A stretch of DNA of 64,000 nt, from the NCBI GenBank assembly GCA_043803945.1, contig JAZDJN010000087.1, forward strand, positions 224,001 to 288,000, given 5' to 3'. Below are positions 8,151 through 17,757 of this stretch, piece by piece (the first letter of the stretch is position 1; each line of letters starts with the position of its first letter). The position numbers and the translations under genes were made by a program. The notes beneath the pieces are model-generated. The model was not told the DNA's origin. It saw nothing but the letters and a program-made list of their open reading frames with translations, and made no database searches. This DNA is from a bacterium (GTDB lineage Bacteria; Bacteroidota; Ignavibacteria; UBA10030).

Positions 8151-10484
8151 CTATTTCTTTAGATCGGTAAATCCCGGTACGCGCCACTGGAAGTTCGGAT
8201 CGACATACGGCTCGTCGTTCTCATGGCCGGTCATTAGCTCGATCTTTCTCTTCAATTGCTCGCCAAAGTTTTTATAATAGATGAACGTCGTTTCTCCAAC
8301 ATCCGAGACGATCATCCAGTTTGTCTTTGCGGTCTCCCAGAGATTCAGGAGCACTTTGGTGTTTTCGATCTCATCGAGAACCATTTCCTTCAAGAGTTGA
8401 CGAGATTCTTTTTTCACCTTCTTATCGGTCGTTTCGAGATACGTATGGACACCCGCCACCCATGTTGTAACATTCCGTTGTGTTCTGTACCAGCAATGCA
8501 GTGCAAGCATGCGATCATAGAGGTCTTCGGCACATGCCTGTGCCTGCGATGTTGTTGCCCTCTCCTTCATTGTACGGGAAAGATTCAGCGCGGCATCCAT
8601 CTGGACAAAGAGATCCCGATTGATGAGGCGCAAACATGTATGGGCGTGAGCGGGATCCACAAGATCGAATCCGACGTCGTACCGGAAGTCAATACGACAC
8701 CGGTTATGCGAGGTGGCAAGTAAGAACTTTTCATAATAGGCGCGATCGTCTTCCGATATTATTTCAATGTTTGGCACGATAGGCCGCGTTGCGAGTCGAT
8801 ACCAAACACCCCACGACGAATAGATCCAGATCGGAAGCGGGAATGAACGATAGGCCTCATTGGAATGTGTCCATACCTTTACCAAATCTTCGGCAAGGTC
8901 GGAGCCGATCCACTCGGTTGCTTTTCTTAAAAGGAACTTCTCGAGGTTGAGATTGCCGTTAAACTGGAAGGCTCTAATCAATTCCTGGTTGATATTGTAC
9001 GGAGCGAACGACTGGGGAACCGGCCCGCCGGTAAAGCATGCCGTGGTTACAGTCTGTTTCTTCATATCCTGCAGTTTATCGTAGACGAGCTGCGGGAACG
9101 GAATGCCCACTAATGGTTCATGGTTGCAGAAAACGCTTGGATTGAAATAGACATCGGCTTCTGATTTCTTCTTCCGCAATTCCTCCAGGATTGGTTTCTC
9201 GTCATCGACATAGCGGTTATGGAGCGCTGTGCCATGGATTTCTCTCGCCTCCTTATACTTCGGGTGTTTATAGGCAAGCTTCCACCCTTTTGTCAAGAGC
9301 GACGACACCTCAACATCGAGTCCATCGCCCAACTGTTTCCAGATGTAGTCATGCTCTGCCCAGAACGGCTCAAGGCGGATCAGGGTGCGGAAGTTTGGGT
9401 TGACCTTACGTCCTGCATCGCGCAAGATGCGCATAAACCGGACAAGGTTATTCGCTGCCGACTCGGCGATTTCCGTATCTCCCTTCCACTCGCGGATCAC
9501 ATAGCCTCCGCCGTTTCTGCCGACATAGAGTGAACTGGTGTATTCAAACCCTGCGCCGCTGTCATTCGACCAGATGGAAATGTAGTCTAATGCTGGAACT
9601 TCGCGCAACAGGTTCTCCATCAGCTCGGCATAATGTTCCTGCACAACCGGATGTGCCACAGAAAGATTGAAGCGCGGGTGCCAGCTTCTGATGGGATGAT
9701 CGACACGCGCCCCACGGAGCATCGGATAGCGCTGCAGGAGGTTGTCGGGAACTGAGCGCGGCTCAAAACAAACCATTCCCGGTGACAGGCCGTACTTATC
9801 TGCCAGGGCAGCGTTCGTCTTCAGGTAATTCAGATTTGCTTGCAGGTAATCGTCATCATAAATCCCTTTGTTTAATCGGCTTGACACAAATTGGTCGAGG
9901 GCTGGGCAGTAAGTGTAAAACCGATGCAGTAATTCCCCCTGCGGGCCGCGTTCAAACGGAACGGCAAAGGCCAGACCGTTGACCTCAACATGGGAAAATC
10001 CGAGGCGTGCTAAATTTTTGACGTGCTCTTCACGGTTGAAGTTGTGTGTTGTTCGCGCATGCTGCGTAAGGAAAATGTCGTAGGCAGGACGCATGCGCGG
10101 AAACGTCGGGTGAAGAATTTTTCCTAATTCAAGTTGGTCGATACTGAGCTTACTCAATTCGTTGATAACGTGTGAGTAGAGATAGTACAGAAGATGCGGT
10201 TTCGAGGTCAACAGTTCAACGCCCCGCCCCCTTTTTACTCTCACCAACATCCAGTCCTTGTTGCCTTTCAACGAAGGGTGAATTGTTTTCCACAATGCCC
10301 GATCGGTGACTACGGCGATACGGACCGATCCATGGGGTGCGTCGAGTTTCGGCGATTGCTGGATCTCCGCCGATCCGCAGTGCAGTACCTTGATCTCATT
10401 GGCTACCGTCTGTTCTACGGTTGCGGAGGGTGAGGTGTAATAAATTGTTTTGCATGATAAAATCACATCAATTAACGTTGCCAT
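8151..10484 (-). CDS. Large cytoplasmic hypothetical protein, possibly a glycoside-hydrolase-like TIM barrel
   Basis: Long ORF (track start 10511, likely ATG at 10484), no signal peptide. The LLTSKPHLLYYLY segment and WSNDSGAG are only reminiscent of GH20/67/115-like architecture. Confidence 0.6.
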   Translation of the reverse strand: MATLIDVILSCKTIYYTSPSATVEQTVANEIKVLHCGSAEIQQSPKLDAPHGSVRIAVVTDRALWKTIHPSLKGNKDWMLVRVKRGRGVELLTSKPHLLYYLYSHVINELSKLSIDQLELGKILHPTFPRMRPAYDIFLTQHARTTHNFNREEHVKNLARLGFSHVEVNGLAFAVPFERGPQGELLHRFYTYCPALDQFVSSRLNKGIYDDDYLQANLNYLKTNAALADKYGLSPGMVCFEPRSVPDNLLQRYPMLRGARVDHPIRSWHPRFNLSVAHPVVQEHYAELMENLLREVPALDYISIWSNDSGAGFEYTSSLYVGRNGGGYVIREWKGDTEIAESAANNLVRFMRILRDAGRKVNPNFRTLIRLEPFWAEHDYIWKQLGDGLDVEVSSLLTKGWKLAYKHPKYKEAREIHGTALHNRYVDDEKPILEELRKKKSEADVYFNPSVFCNHEPLVGIPFPQLVYDKLQDMKKQTVTTACFTGGPVPQSFAPYNINQELIRAFQFNGNLNLEKFLLRKATEWIGSDLAEDLVKVWTHSNEAYRSFPLPIWIYSSWGVWYRLATRPIVPNIEIISEDDRAYYEKFLLATSHNRCRIDFRYDVGFDLVDPAHAHTCLRLINRDLFVQMDAALNLSRTMKERATTSQAQACAEDLYDRMLALHCWYRTQRNVTTWVAGVHTYLETTDKKVKKESRQLLKEMVLDEIENTKVLLNLWETAKTNWMIVSDVGETTFIYYKNFGEQLKRKIELMTGHENDEPYVDPNFQWRVPGFTDLKK

Positions 10485-10548
10485 AGGGTTCCCTTTATCT
10501 CGCTTGTACACTGGTATGAATTAATAATTGAAGTTCAGTATTGACGAT

Positions 10549-11922
10549 TTACATTCCATAGCTTTTAGGCGAATAGAGATGGCCATACTGCTCAGCCATC
10601 AATCCAATGAGTATATCTTCATTGGAGGGCAACGCGGAAAGTCCCTCCTCAATCCGTCCAAGCCACTCCTTTTCCCGTTCATTAATTTGCACACGTTTCA
10701 ACTTCATTGCGTCTGAAAGAATTCTGAGCGCTTCTCTCGAGGCAGCAACCGTCCTCTTGTATGGTGTCGCTTCGTTAATAATGGCTGTTGCGATCTGCAT
10801 CGTGGATTCGGGAGTAAGCACCAATGCCTGCGGGCTGAGCGCCGCATCGGAATCGACCAGGAGTTGTTGAACCATTGCTTGTGTGTTGTGGGCAGTTGCT
10901 GTGTTGAGGAGCCGGCAGTCGTATGCGAGCAGTTCAAGAAAAGCCTCAGGCGCTGATCCGGAGAGCAGCCGGACATTCTGGACCGATTCATTGCTCCACA
11001 CATCGCACATCGCCGCAGCGATATTTCCCACAGGACTGAAATGCGCGCAGCTTGCCGACTTCCCTTCCATGGAAATTGGTGCACCGGTGATTGCTTTTAA
11101 CACAGGGCCTTCATAGGCACAGTCTTTCGATGGGCCGACGGCTCCGCATTCAAATGCGACCAGGCTTCTCACAGCGCTAGCCGCCCGCACCACTGCTGCG
11201 AACACCTCCGGCAACATCCCCTGTGATGCTAACTGCATGGCTGTATTTGCAAACCCACATGCTGAATCACCGCCGGGGATCACCCGGTGCGCCTCACAAA
11301 CTCGGACAATTTCTTTCCACAGAAACTCCATATCTCGCGGCGCAAGTACACCAAGGGCAAAAACCACTCCGGTAATATCTCCATAGAGCATTGCCTCATC
11401 GTTCACCTCTTTGCTGCCAACTGATTCGATCGACAGGATGTCGGCTCCCGCTTTTGCACATAGCTCAAAGGATTTCATCAGGGTTTCCCATTCAGAGTCA
11501 GAACGTAATTGCGGCGGATGTGCCTGATCGCGAATATCGGTTGGGGTTACCCGTAACGCACATGGTATCCCTTCTGATTCGTTCATTTGTTTCAAGCCAG
11601 TGTGAAGCAGCGCGGTGATTTCGGCTCCCCATTCCGGATGGACGGTCATCGGTGGGAGCAACTCATACTCTACCAGGAGGCCAGGCAGTTGCAGCCGCTT
11701 TGAAGCTTTCGCTATCATTGCGATAATATCTTCGTACTGTGCACGCACATTCGACCAAGTACTTTCCTCTATCGATATTGGGGGAAGAGTAAAATTCAAC
11801 TCAGGAAACACCAATCCACCGCCAAGCCGTAATCCAAAGCCACACTCAACCGGGTGTGTTGCCCTTCCAAACATGAGTTCCGATTGATGTGCAACTGTCA
11901 ACCGGGAAAATGTCTTTCTCAT
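10549..11922 (-). CDS. mtaB: Methanol:corrinoid methyltransferase MtaB family
   Basis: 457 aa; FG.A..PV.CGFGL.LGGG.V.PE.NF N-terminus; Zn-site motifs SIES.GSKE, GDSACGFANTAM, GPSKDCAYEG; SMEGKS.SCAHFSP.GN; D.WSNESV. Confidence 0.88.
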   Translation of the reverse strand: MRKTFSRLTVAHQSELMFGRATHPVECGFGLRLGGGLVFPELNFTLPPISIEESTWSNVRAQYEDIIAMIAKASKRLQLPGLLVEYELLPPMTVHPEWGAEITALLHTGLKQMNESEGIPCALRVTPTDIRDQAHPPQLRSDSEWETLMKSFELCAKAGADILSIESVGSKEVNDEAMLYGDITGVVFALGVLAPRDMEFLWKEIVRVCEAHRVIPGGDSACGFANTAMQLASQGMLPEVFAAVVRAASAVRSLVAFECGAVGPSKDCAYEGPVLKAITGAPISMEGKSASCAHFSPVGNIAAAMCDVWSNESVQNVRLLSGSAPEAFLELLAYDCRLLNTATAHNTQAMVQQLLVDSDAALSPQALVLTPESTMQIATAIINEATPYKRTVAASREALRILSDAMKLKRVQINEREKEWLGRIEEGLSALPSNEDILIGLMAEQYGHLYSPKSYGM

Positions 11923-11970
11923 TCATGCTCCTCTGTTGTTTTACTGCACGAGAAATTCTGAATCACGGAT

Positions 11971-12170
11971 CTAACCTTTCACAGTGTGTATTGCTTCCCG
12001 AATTGCCCTCAAATTATCCAACAGAGTTCCAAAGGGAACGACACCGGCTCCTACGATAAATCCAGGGTAGCCATCCCCTTCATGGATGCAGGCCAGAGTC
12101 CGCTGATGCAATGTTTCAGGCGTTGCTGTAAGAAAATCCCGGGAATTGATATTGCGGCGAAATGCTTTAT
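11971..12170 (-). pseudogene. 3' fragment of a second UROD/MtaA-family gene
   Basis: KAFRRNINSRDFLTATPETLHQ...GYPGFIVGAGVVPFGTLLDNLRAIREA aligns with the C-terminus of the adjacent gene (RAFRRNIDSREFLEASPEVLHQ...GYNGFILGTSVVPYGTPLENLKAIRDA). No N-terminal part present. Confidence 0.8.
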
Positions 12171-12240
12171 GGAAAGAGCGCTTGATTATGATTCTTGAAT
12201 TTGGGAGTCTAATCGATGTCAAGCAGTTACTTATCATCTG

Positions 12241-13269
12241 TTATACCTTAAATTCTATCACCGCATCGCGAATCGCCTTGAGATTCTCCAGCGGAGTACC
12301 ATACGGCACGACACTTGTTCCCAATATGAATCCATTGTATCCTTGACGTTCCTTCAGGCGCTCTACTGCAAGTTGATGCAACACTTCGGGTGAGGCTTCA
12401 AGGAATTCTCTAGAATCGATATTCCTCCTGAACGCTCTCTTCTGCTTGAGGCATGCTTCCCGAAATTGCTGCACATCGGATGGTGTATCGCAGAGAATGT
12501 TGTTTGCTCCTGTCTCGAGATATGCATCGAGCATCGGTGTGGTCTTGCCGCCAATGATCAATGGAACATGCCGAACACCGCATGCATGGAAATGATCAAT
12601 AAGAAACTTCGTTGCCGGCAGCACAAATTCACGATATATCTCGGGCGAGATCATGGTGGAGGATGCCTGTGAATCGAAGATCACCACACCGCACCCTGCG
12701 TGGATATACGCTTCTCCGTACTCTTTGATCACCGCTGTTGCAAATTTGATAAGGTCCTGCGCGAGCTGTTGATGCATCACCGTCGACATCAACAAGTGTT
12801 CCAGTCCTGCAAGATGTGCCGCAAGTGAGAACGGTCCCGAGACCGCACCACGAATCGGAACCTCGCGTCCCAGGACTCGTACGACGTTATGTGCTACCTC
12901 GAGATGCAACGGCATTCTTCCATCTTTCATCGGATTTGGAATCTTCTTCTCCGTGATATCCTCCCGCCCCCTGAACACCGCATCTTCTGACCGGATGGAT
13001 GGAATCGATGCATCATCACCATCATAATAGGTTATCTTACAGCCAATCGCTTCGGCTTCCACATTATAGACATCGATTCCTATGGTGAGTGCATCGGGCT
13101 GGACCCGCTCATACTCTGCGATCAGCGCGTTCGTAAACAGGTTCACGTCACGGCAAACGGAGGAGGGTGTGCTATTCACAAACCATGCCTTGTGTTCATA
13201 GATGGCTGGCAGAAATGGAACGCGATCCGTTGCCTGACACTCATGCGCTGACAGTAACCGGTTGTTCAC
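12241..13269 (-). CDS. Uroporphyrinogen decarboxylase / MtaA-CmuA methyltransferase family protein
   Basis: DRVPF.P, VEAEAIGC, GRMP, GPFSLA, MISPEIYREFVLP, TPLENLKA. The usual H-x-C Zn motif is replaced by LIIGG. Confidence 0.85.
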   Translation of the reverse strand: MNNRLLSAHECQATDRVPFLPAIYEHKAWFVNSTPSSVCRDVNLFTNALIAEYERVQPDALTIGIDVYNVEAEAIGCKITYYDGDDASIPSIRSEDAVFRGREDITEKKIPNPMKDGRMPLHLEVAHNVVRVLGREVPIRGAVSGPFSLAAHLAGLEHLLMSTVMHQQLAQDLIKFATAVIKEYGEAYIHAGCGVVIFDSQASSTMISPEIYREFVLPATKFLIDHFHACGVRHVPLIIGGKTTPMLDAYLETGANNILCDTPSDVQQFREACLKQKRAFRRNIDSREFLEASPEVLHQLAVERLKERQGYNGFILGTSVVPYGTPLENLKAIRDAVIEFKV

Positions 13270-13316
13270 AATAATCCTTTCTTAATCATTCCTCAAATCT
13301 TGACAACCGAAATAGA

Positions 13317-13481
13317 AATCAACAATCAAAATGAAAAGAGCAAAATGACAATGCAAAGATAAAAGCGAGAGTTGGCAGGCGCTGCCCTAAGTATTGATGC
13401 GAAAGCACCTGAGGAGCAGGGTCATCAAAACATTTTCCATTTTTCTCTGTCGTTTTAATTTTTGACTCTTGATTTTTGATT
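13317..13481. repeat. A-rich/T-rich imperfect inverted repeat with heptamer-like periodicity
   Basis: aatcaacaatcaaaatgaaaagagcaaaatgaca... on the left and ...tgtcgttttaatttttgactcttgatttttgatt on the right. Confidence 0.55.
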
Positions 13482-13534
13482 ATTAATCTGAGTCTAGGGG
13501 TTACCCTATATATGGTTCTTCAAAAAGATTCACA

Positions 13535-14464
13535 CTATTTCAATTCTTTTATCCTCACTTCTGATTCAAGGTTTTGGATTTCTTCCAGTGCAGAATTGGC
13601 AATTCCCCACTTCTGTGCATTTGCCGCTCCTGCTGCCGTTCCAAATGTCAGGCACCGCGCAAACTCCCATTGCTTCTCCAAACCATACAGAATTCCTGCT
13701 ACCATTGCATCGCCGGAACCCACCGGATTCAATGCCTTGATCGAGGGAGGCATGACGACCCAGAATTTTCCCTCACCGGCTGCATAGAACGGCCTCGCTC
13801 CATCGGTAATTAATGCATAGGAAATCGAGCGGCTGAGAAAAAACTCCAAACCCTCCCGCATTGAGCGCTCGGTATTCAGGGGTGCCCCGAAGGTCTTTTC
13901 AAATTCCTGCCGATTCGGTTTGACAAGCGTGGGAACGGCAGTAAGTGCACGCTCGAATGACCGGCCGTACGAATCGAGCACAGACCGAACACCATGATCC
14001 CGCGCTATCCTGATCGACTCAAAAAACAGGTCATCGGCTTCACTGCAAGGCGAACTCCCTGCACAAACTAACCATGTTGATTTTGGCGCAAGTTGTTCCG
14101 CCTTGCGGCTCAGGGCATGAGCGTCATCAAGACCAATCTTCTGCGAAGGTTCAAAGATCGCTGTTGTTGTACCATCGTTTTCTCGATAAGTAACTCCATC
14201 CCGCGTCATCGCATTGATCCAGACAAAATCATGTTCAATGCCTTCTTCGCTCATCAGTCGCGAGACCGTTGTGCCTGTCTCACCGCCGAGAAAGCCGGTA
14301 GCAAGAGTTTTCATACCGAGCCGCCGGCTCTGGCGCGAGACATTGATTCCCTTCCCGCCTGGAACCATTTCCATATTCATCGCCCGGTGAATTTTCCCCC
14401 GCTCAATTTTATCGACGATGACCGTTTTATCAAGCATCGGATTTAATGTGACCGTCGTAATCAT
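13535..14464 (-). CDS. 1-phosphofructokinase / tagatose-6-phosphate kinase family hexose kinase (PfkB)
   Basis: MITTVTLNP.LD, PGGKGINVS, VKPN..E, NPVGSGDAMVAG. Confidence 0.92.
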   Translation of the reverse strand: MITTVTLNPMLDKTVIVDKIERGKIHRAMNMEMVPGGKGINVSRQSRRLGMKTLATGFLGGETGTTVSRLMSEEGIEHDFVWINAMTRDGVTYRENDGTTTAIFEPSQKIGLDDAHALSRKAEQLAPKSTWLVCAGSSPCSEADDLFFESIRIARDHGVRSVLDSYGRSFERALTAVPTLVKPNRQEFEKTFGAPLNTERSMREGLEFFLSRSISYALITDGARPFYAAGEGKFWVVMPPSIKALNPVGSGDAMVAGILYGLEKQWEFARCLTFGTAAGAANAQKWGIANSALEEIQNLESEVRIKELK

Positions 14465-14567
14465 CGTAATAATTTTGCCGCCTTCTCCACGGATTCCTCG
14501 TCATGGACAATCGCACATAACGCTGCAATCAGTTGCTTCGTAACCGTAATTGCTTTCCAATATTCAT
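14461..14567 (-). pseudogene. Internally deleted class I (DhnA/LsrF-type) aldolase remnant
   Basis: RBS plus ATG at 14567 gives MNIGKQLRLR (typical family N-terminus). This is joined out of frame to KQLIAALCAIVHDEESVEKAAKLLR-stop (typical C-terminus), whose TGA overlaps the pfkB ATG. Confidence 0.7.
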
Positions 14568-14590
14568 TGTTTCCTGCCGCGTTTCCCTGC

Positions 14591-16831
14591 TTATTGTACC
14601 TTGACTGTTTCTTCCCAATATCTCCATTTGCTGTACCCATCACGCTCCCGTGCTCCATCAAGCTGAAGTCCATGCACGTTGGGTAGTGCCTCCATGAGGG
14701 TTGTTCCATTATACCTGACCTTTAACACATTGGAGGCGGAGTATTGAACCTGATTGCCCTCTTTCGTTGCGAAAAGAACATGCGCATCGGTCTCGTAATC
14801 TCCGTATGAGACTTTTCCCAAATCATAGAGGTATCGGGGCCGGATGTTCTCGCGTGCAACCTCCATGTCAAGATCGAGTTTTACACCAAGCGTTGATGTT
14901 TTACCGTCGCGGTCAATTTCAAGCCCGACAGCCTGATAAGGAGCTGAGACATTGATCTGGCGGACTCGCTTGAGAAGCGGCTCAAGATTTTCACCCCTCT
15001 TGTGCGGTACCAGAACACTTACAAACACTTCCATATCGCCGGCGTGATACTGGCTGGAGATTGACTGATAGACGGCTTGTTCCTGTTGTCCGCTACGCCT
15101 GATGGGCTCAACACCCATGGTTTTCGCATAGGTTTCGGGGAAATAAAGAAGCAACGACTGATCCATTAGAAACTGAGTGCGCTGAATCGAATCATTTGCA
15201 AGGTCGACAAAGTTGTTCCCCTTCGCCATGATGCGCTGGCTGTGCCAGAAATTCGTGAAGGTAAAATAATCCGGCTTTAGCACCTTTACACCGTCGACGA
15301 CAATAAAGAAATCGTCCTGTTTGACATAGACGACAACACGATCCCATTGGTATCCGAGTTTATCATCGGTCACCCGCGTGCGGCTCACATCGACCTCGTT
15401 GAGATTTAGAAAATCAATTTTCTGAGTTCGTACTTGCCGATAGGCACCAGAGTTTTGGACGAACTCAAGCACCGATTGATGCCCGTCCCGTTTATTTAAC
15501 CGGGCGACCAGACGATTATGAAAATAATCCTGCCGCCATGCACCATAGATCCCGCTCGGAAGACTATCGCGGTAATCGGCATCGTGGAGAAGGACCGAGC
15601 CTTTGTTCATGAGCAGGGCAATGCTATTTTCATCGGCGTGACCATGGTGCATTTTTTCTTCCTCAACCGAAATGGTTTGCCGTAGATATTCCCGTCCCAG
15701 CCAGCCTCCATCGCCTTCATCTTTATAGTTGAGGAGCATATACGTGCTCTGCGGCTTCCAGCCGTTCCGGAACACGATCTTTTTTCCAATCATATCTTCC
15801 AGGACTTCCTGGCTGGAACTCACCGGTTGCTGTGCTTTCACCTTCTCATCGGTCCAGCGAAAGGCGTCGGAGAGGTAATACGCTTCTCCAACACCGATTA
15901 CTGGCAGCCGTTTTTTTGCACTTTCGTACACACGTTGTGCAGCCCATTTCATTTCAGGATCTTTGAAGATGGCTGCCCCCTTTTCGAAGATCGGCACAAA
16001 CCGGAGCGATTCCCATCCGGAAGTCCAGCGCGAATCACCGAATTCCGGCACAATGCCGTACGGTGCAATCAATTTGACAAAATATTTCAGATAGTATTTT
16101 GTCAACGGAGAATCGAAGAGATCCGGCCTGTTTGCTGCTTCAGCGTAGGAATACAACGCCATCAGCCAAACGGCATGATAGCCGGTGGCATCTTCAATTT
16201 CCCATTGCGTAAGATTGTCTCCTGCAATAATCTCCGCCATTGCTTTCCATTTGGGTGCATTCGGATGATCCGGCAGAGCGATGGCAGCATAGAGTAACGC
16301 TTCTGCCCGGAGGATTGCGCGGTTGTGTGCACCCCATTCGGGAAAATGGAAAATAAAGTCGGCACTGCCGGCAACATCCTCCTCTATTTTCTTTTTCATC
16401 CGGTCGTCGATGACGCCGCTATCTTTGATGCGAAGGTAGGCCCGAATATAGGGAGCCATATAAAAGAAATTCGTGATAACCGGAACACCTCGTTGATACT
16501 CAACACGGGTATTCCAATACTCTTTAGGATATGCCTCACGCAGATCGCTGTAGGACAACAGTAACTCTGCCGCCTGACGGGCATATGTTTTGTCTTTCGT
16601 TTCCTCAAACAAAAATGCCAGCGTGCTCGCAAGATAGACCGGTCCACCCGGAGAATTATAACCCCACAAGGGACTCGGCTGATAACTTTTTTTCCATTGT
16701 TCATTCTGTGCCGGCAGTTCCTTCCAGCCTTTTTCAACAGCGTTTTTGATATCACTCATATAGAGCGATTGTTGTGCTGCGGCAACCTGAAGTATAAGGA
16801 CAAAACAGATGATGACATGGTGCATTCTCAT
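14591..16831 (-). CDS. Secreted heparinase II/III-like (polysaccharide lyase-like) protein
   Basis: Start reassigned to ATG 16831 (ATGA overlap with the ROK stop), giving signal peptide MRMHHVIICFVLILQVAAAQ. Motifs HNRA, EDATGY, PEFGDS, HHGHADENSI..LLHD, HN. Confidence 0.65.
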   Translation of the reverse strand: MRMHHVIICFVLILQVAAAQQSLYMSDIKNAVEKGWKELPAQNEQWKKSYQPSPLWGYNSPGGPVYLASTLAFLFEETKDKTYARQAAELLLSYSDLREAYPKEYWNTRVEYQRGVPVITNFFYMAPYIRAYLRIKDSGVIDDRMKKKIEEDVAGSADFIFHFPEWGAHNRAILRAEALLYAAIALPDHPNAPKWKAMAEIIAGDNLTQWEIEDATGYHAVWLMALYSYAEAANRPDLFDSPLTKYYLKYFVKLIAPYGIVPEFGDSRWTSGWESLRFVPIFEKGAAIFKDPEMKWAAQRVYESAKKRLPVIGVGEAYYLSDAFRWTDEKVKAQQPVSSSQEVLEDMIGKKIVFRNGWKPQSTYMLLNYKDEGDGGWLGREYLRQTISVEEEKMHHGHADENSIALLMNKGSVLLHDADYRDSLPSGIYGAWRQDYFHNRLVARLNKRDGHQSVLEFVQNSGAYRQVRTQKIDFLNLNEVDVSRTRVTDDKLGYQWDRVVVYVKQDDFFIVVDGVKVLKPDYFTFTNFWHSQRIMAKGNNFVDLANDSIQRTQFLMDQSLLLYFPETYAKTMGVEPIRRSGQQEQAVYQSISSQYHAGDMEVFVSVLVPHKRGENLEPLLKRVRQINVSAPYQAVGLEIDRDGKTSTLGVKLDLDMEVARENIRPRYLYDLGKVSYGDYETDAHVLFATKEGNQVQYSASNVLKVRYNGTTLMEALPNVHGLQLDGARERDGYSKWRYWEETVKVQ

Positions 16832-17757
16832 GGTTTCCTTTCCAGAAAGTTTCCTTGATCGAGGGCGGCGCATAAGGAGGCGATATCTCCGATCATTTCT
16901 CCTAATTGCGATGGGATAATTTCACAACTATTTGCAGCTTCCGACAATGTTTCTTCAAACATAACCTGCCGTGCGATCGGAAGGATGGCATCTCCAATTC
17001 TCATGCCAATTCCCCCAAGAATGATACGTTGGGGATTGAGGATATCAACCAGGATCGCAAATCCTCTTCCGATATAGAATGCTGCCTGTTCAAAAACCTT
17101 GCGCGCCTCCTCCCGGCCGGATTGGTATGCCGTATAGACATCCAGAATGCTCGCAGAGGAATCCCAAAGCTTCGGGTACATTCCGTGGGCGAGCTTCGCT
17201 ATTCCTGTACCGCTCCCGAACGCCTCAAGCGATCCGAACTTTCCATAACTGAAGGGGCCGACCGTGTTCATTCGGATGTGACCTATTTCTCCGGCAGTGT
17301 CTGTCGTTCCGCGATACAACCGGCCATCGAGAATGAGTCCCGCCCCCAACCCTGTCCCCATTGTCAGGAAGATGATGTTTTGATATCCACGGCCTGCACC
17401 GAAATAATGCTCCGCTAATGCACCGGCATTGCCGTCATGTTCGATATACACCGGCAATGAAAACTGTTCCGACAGCATCTGTTTCAGAGGAACATCATCC
17501 CACCCGGGAAGATTAGGTGGGGATTTAATAATGCCCTTCAACACATCGAGCGGTCCGCCAATAGAGACACTGATCGCTTTCACCGGTTCCGGGCTGTTCT
17601 TCAATGCCTCAGCAATCATGGCAATCAGTTCCTGATAGATTTTCTTGTAGCCGCGGTGTGCATGTGTGGGAAATTGTTTTCTCCAGACAATCTTAGCCTG
17701 TGCCGTGCCCAACACAACGGCCGTTTTTGTACCGCCAACATCAACCCCAATAATCAT
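16828..17757 (-). CDS. ROK family sugar kinase
   Basis: IGVDVGGTK, SPPNLPGW, EHDGNAGALAE, TMGTGLGAG, AGEIGH; no HTH domain. Confidence 0.92.
   Translation of the reverse strand: MIIGVDVGGTKTAVVLGTAQAKIVWRKQFPTHAHRGYKKIYQELIAMIAEALKNSPEPVKAISVSIGGPLDVLKGIIKSPPNLPGWDDVPLKQMLSEQFSLPVYIEHDGNAGALAEHYFGAGRGYQNIIFLTMGTGLGAGLILDGRLYRGTTDTAGEIGHIRMNTVGPFSYGKFGSLEAFGSGTGIAKLAHGMYPKLWDSSASILDVYTAYQSGREEARKVFEQAAFYIGRGFAILVDILNPQRIILGGIGMRIGDAILPIARQVMFEETLSEAANSCEIIPSQLGEMIGDIASLCAALDQGNFLERKP

Noticed and set aside
10549-13269. Pyrrolysine or selenocysteine recoding in the methyltransferases
   Set aside because: Both ORFs are uninterrupted, the stop before the UROD fragment is TAA, and no pyl or sel genes are in the window.
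13270-13534. Cobalamin or SAM riboswitch upstream of the methyltransferase genes
   Set aside because: No B12-box or SAM-I core motifs were recognisable by eye. The region is explained by an A/T-rich inverted repeat. An Rfam scan would settle it.
14568-14709. 5' part of the 82-aa ORF 14461..14709 as a real small gene
   Set aside because: Most of it overlaps the upstream gene out of frame; only the last ~26 codons are meaningful (aldolase remnant).
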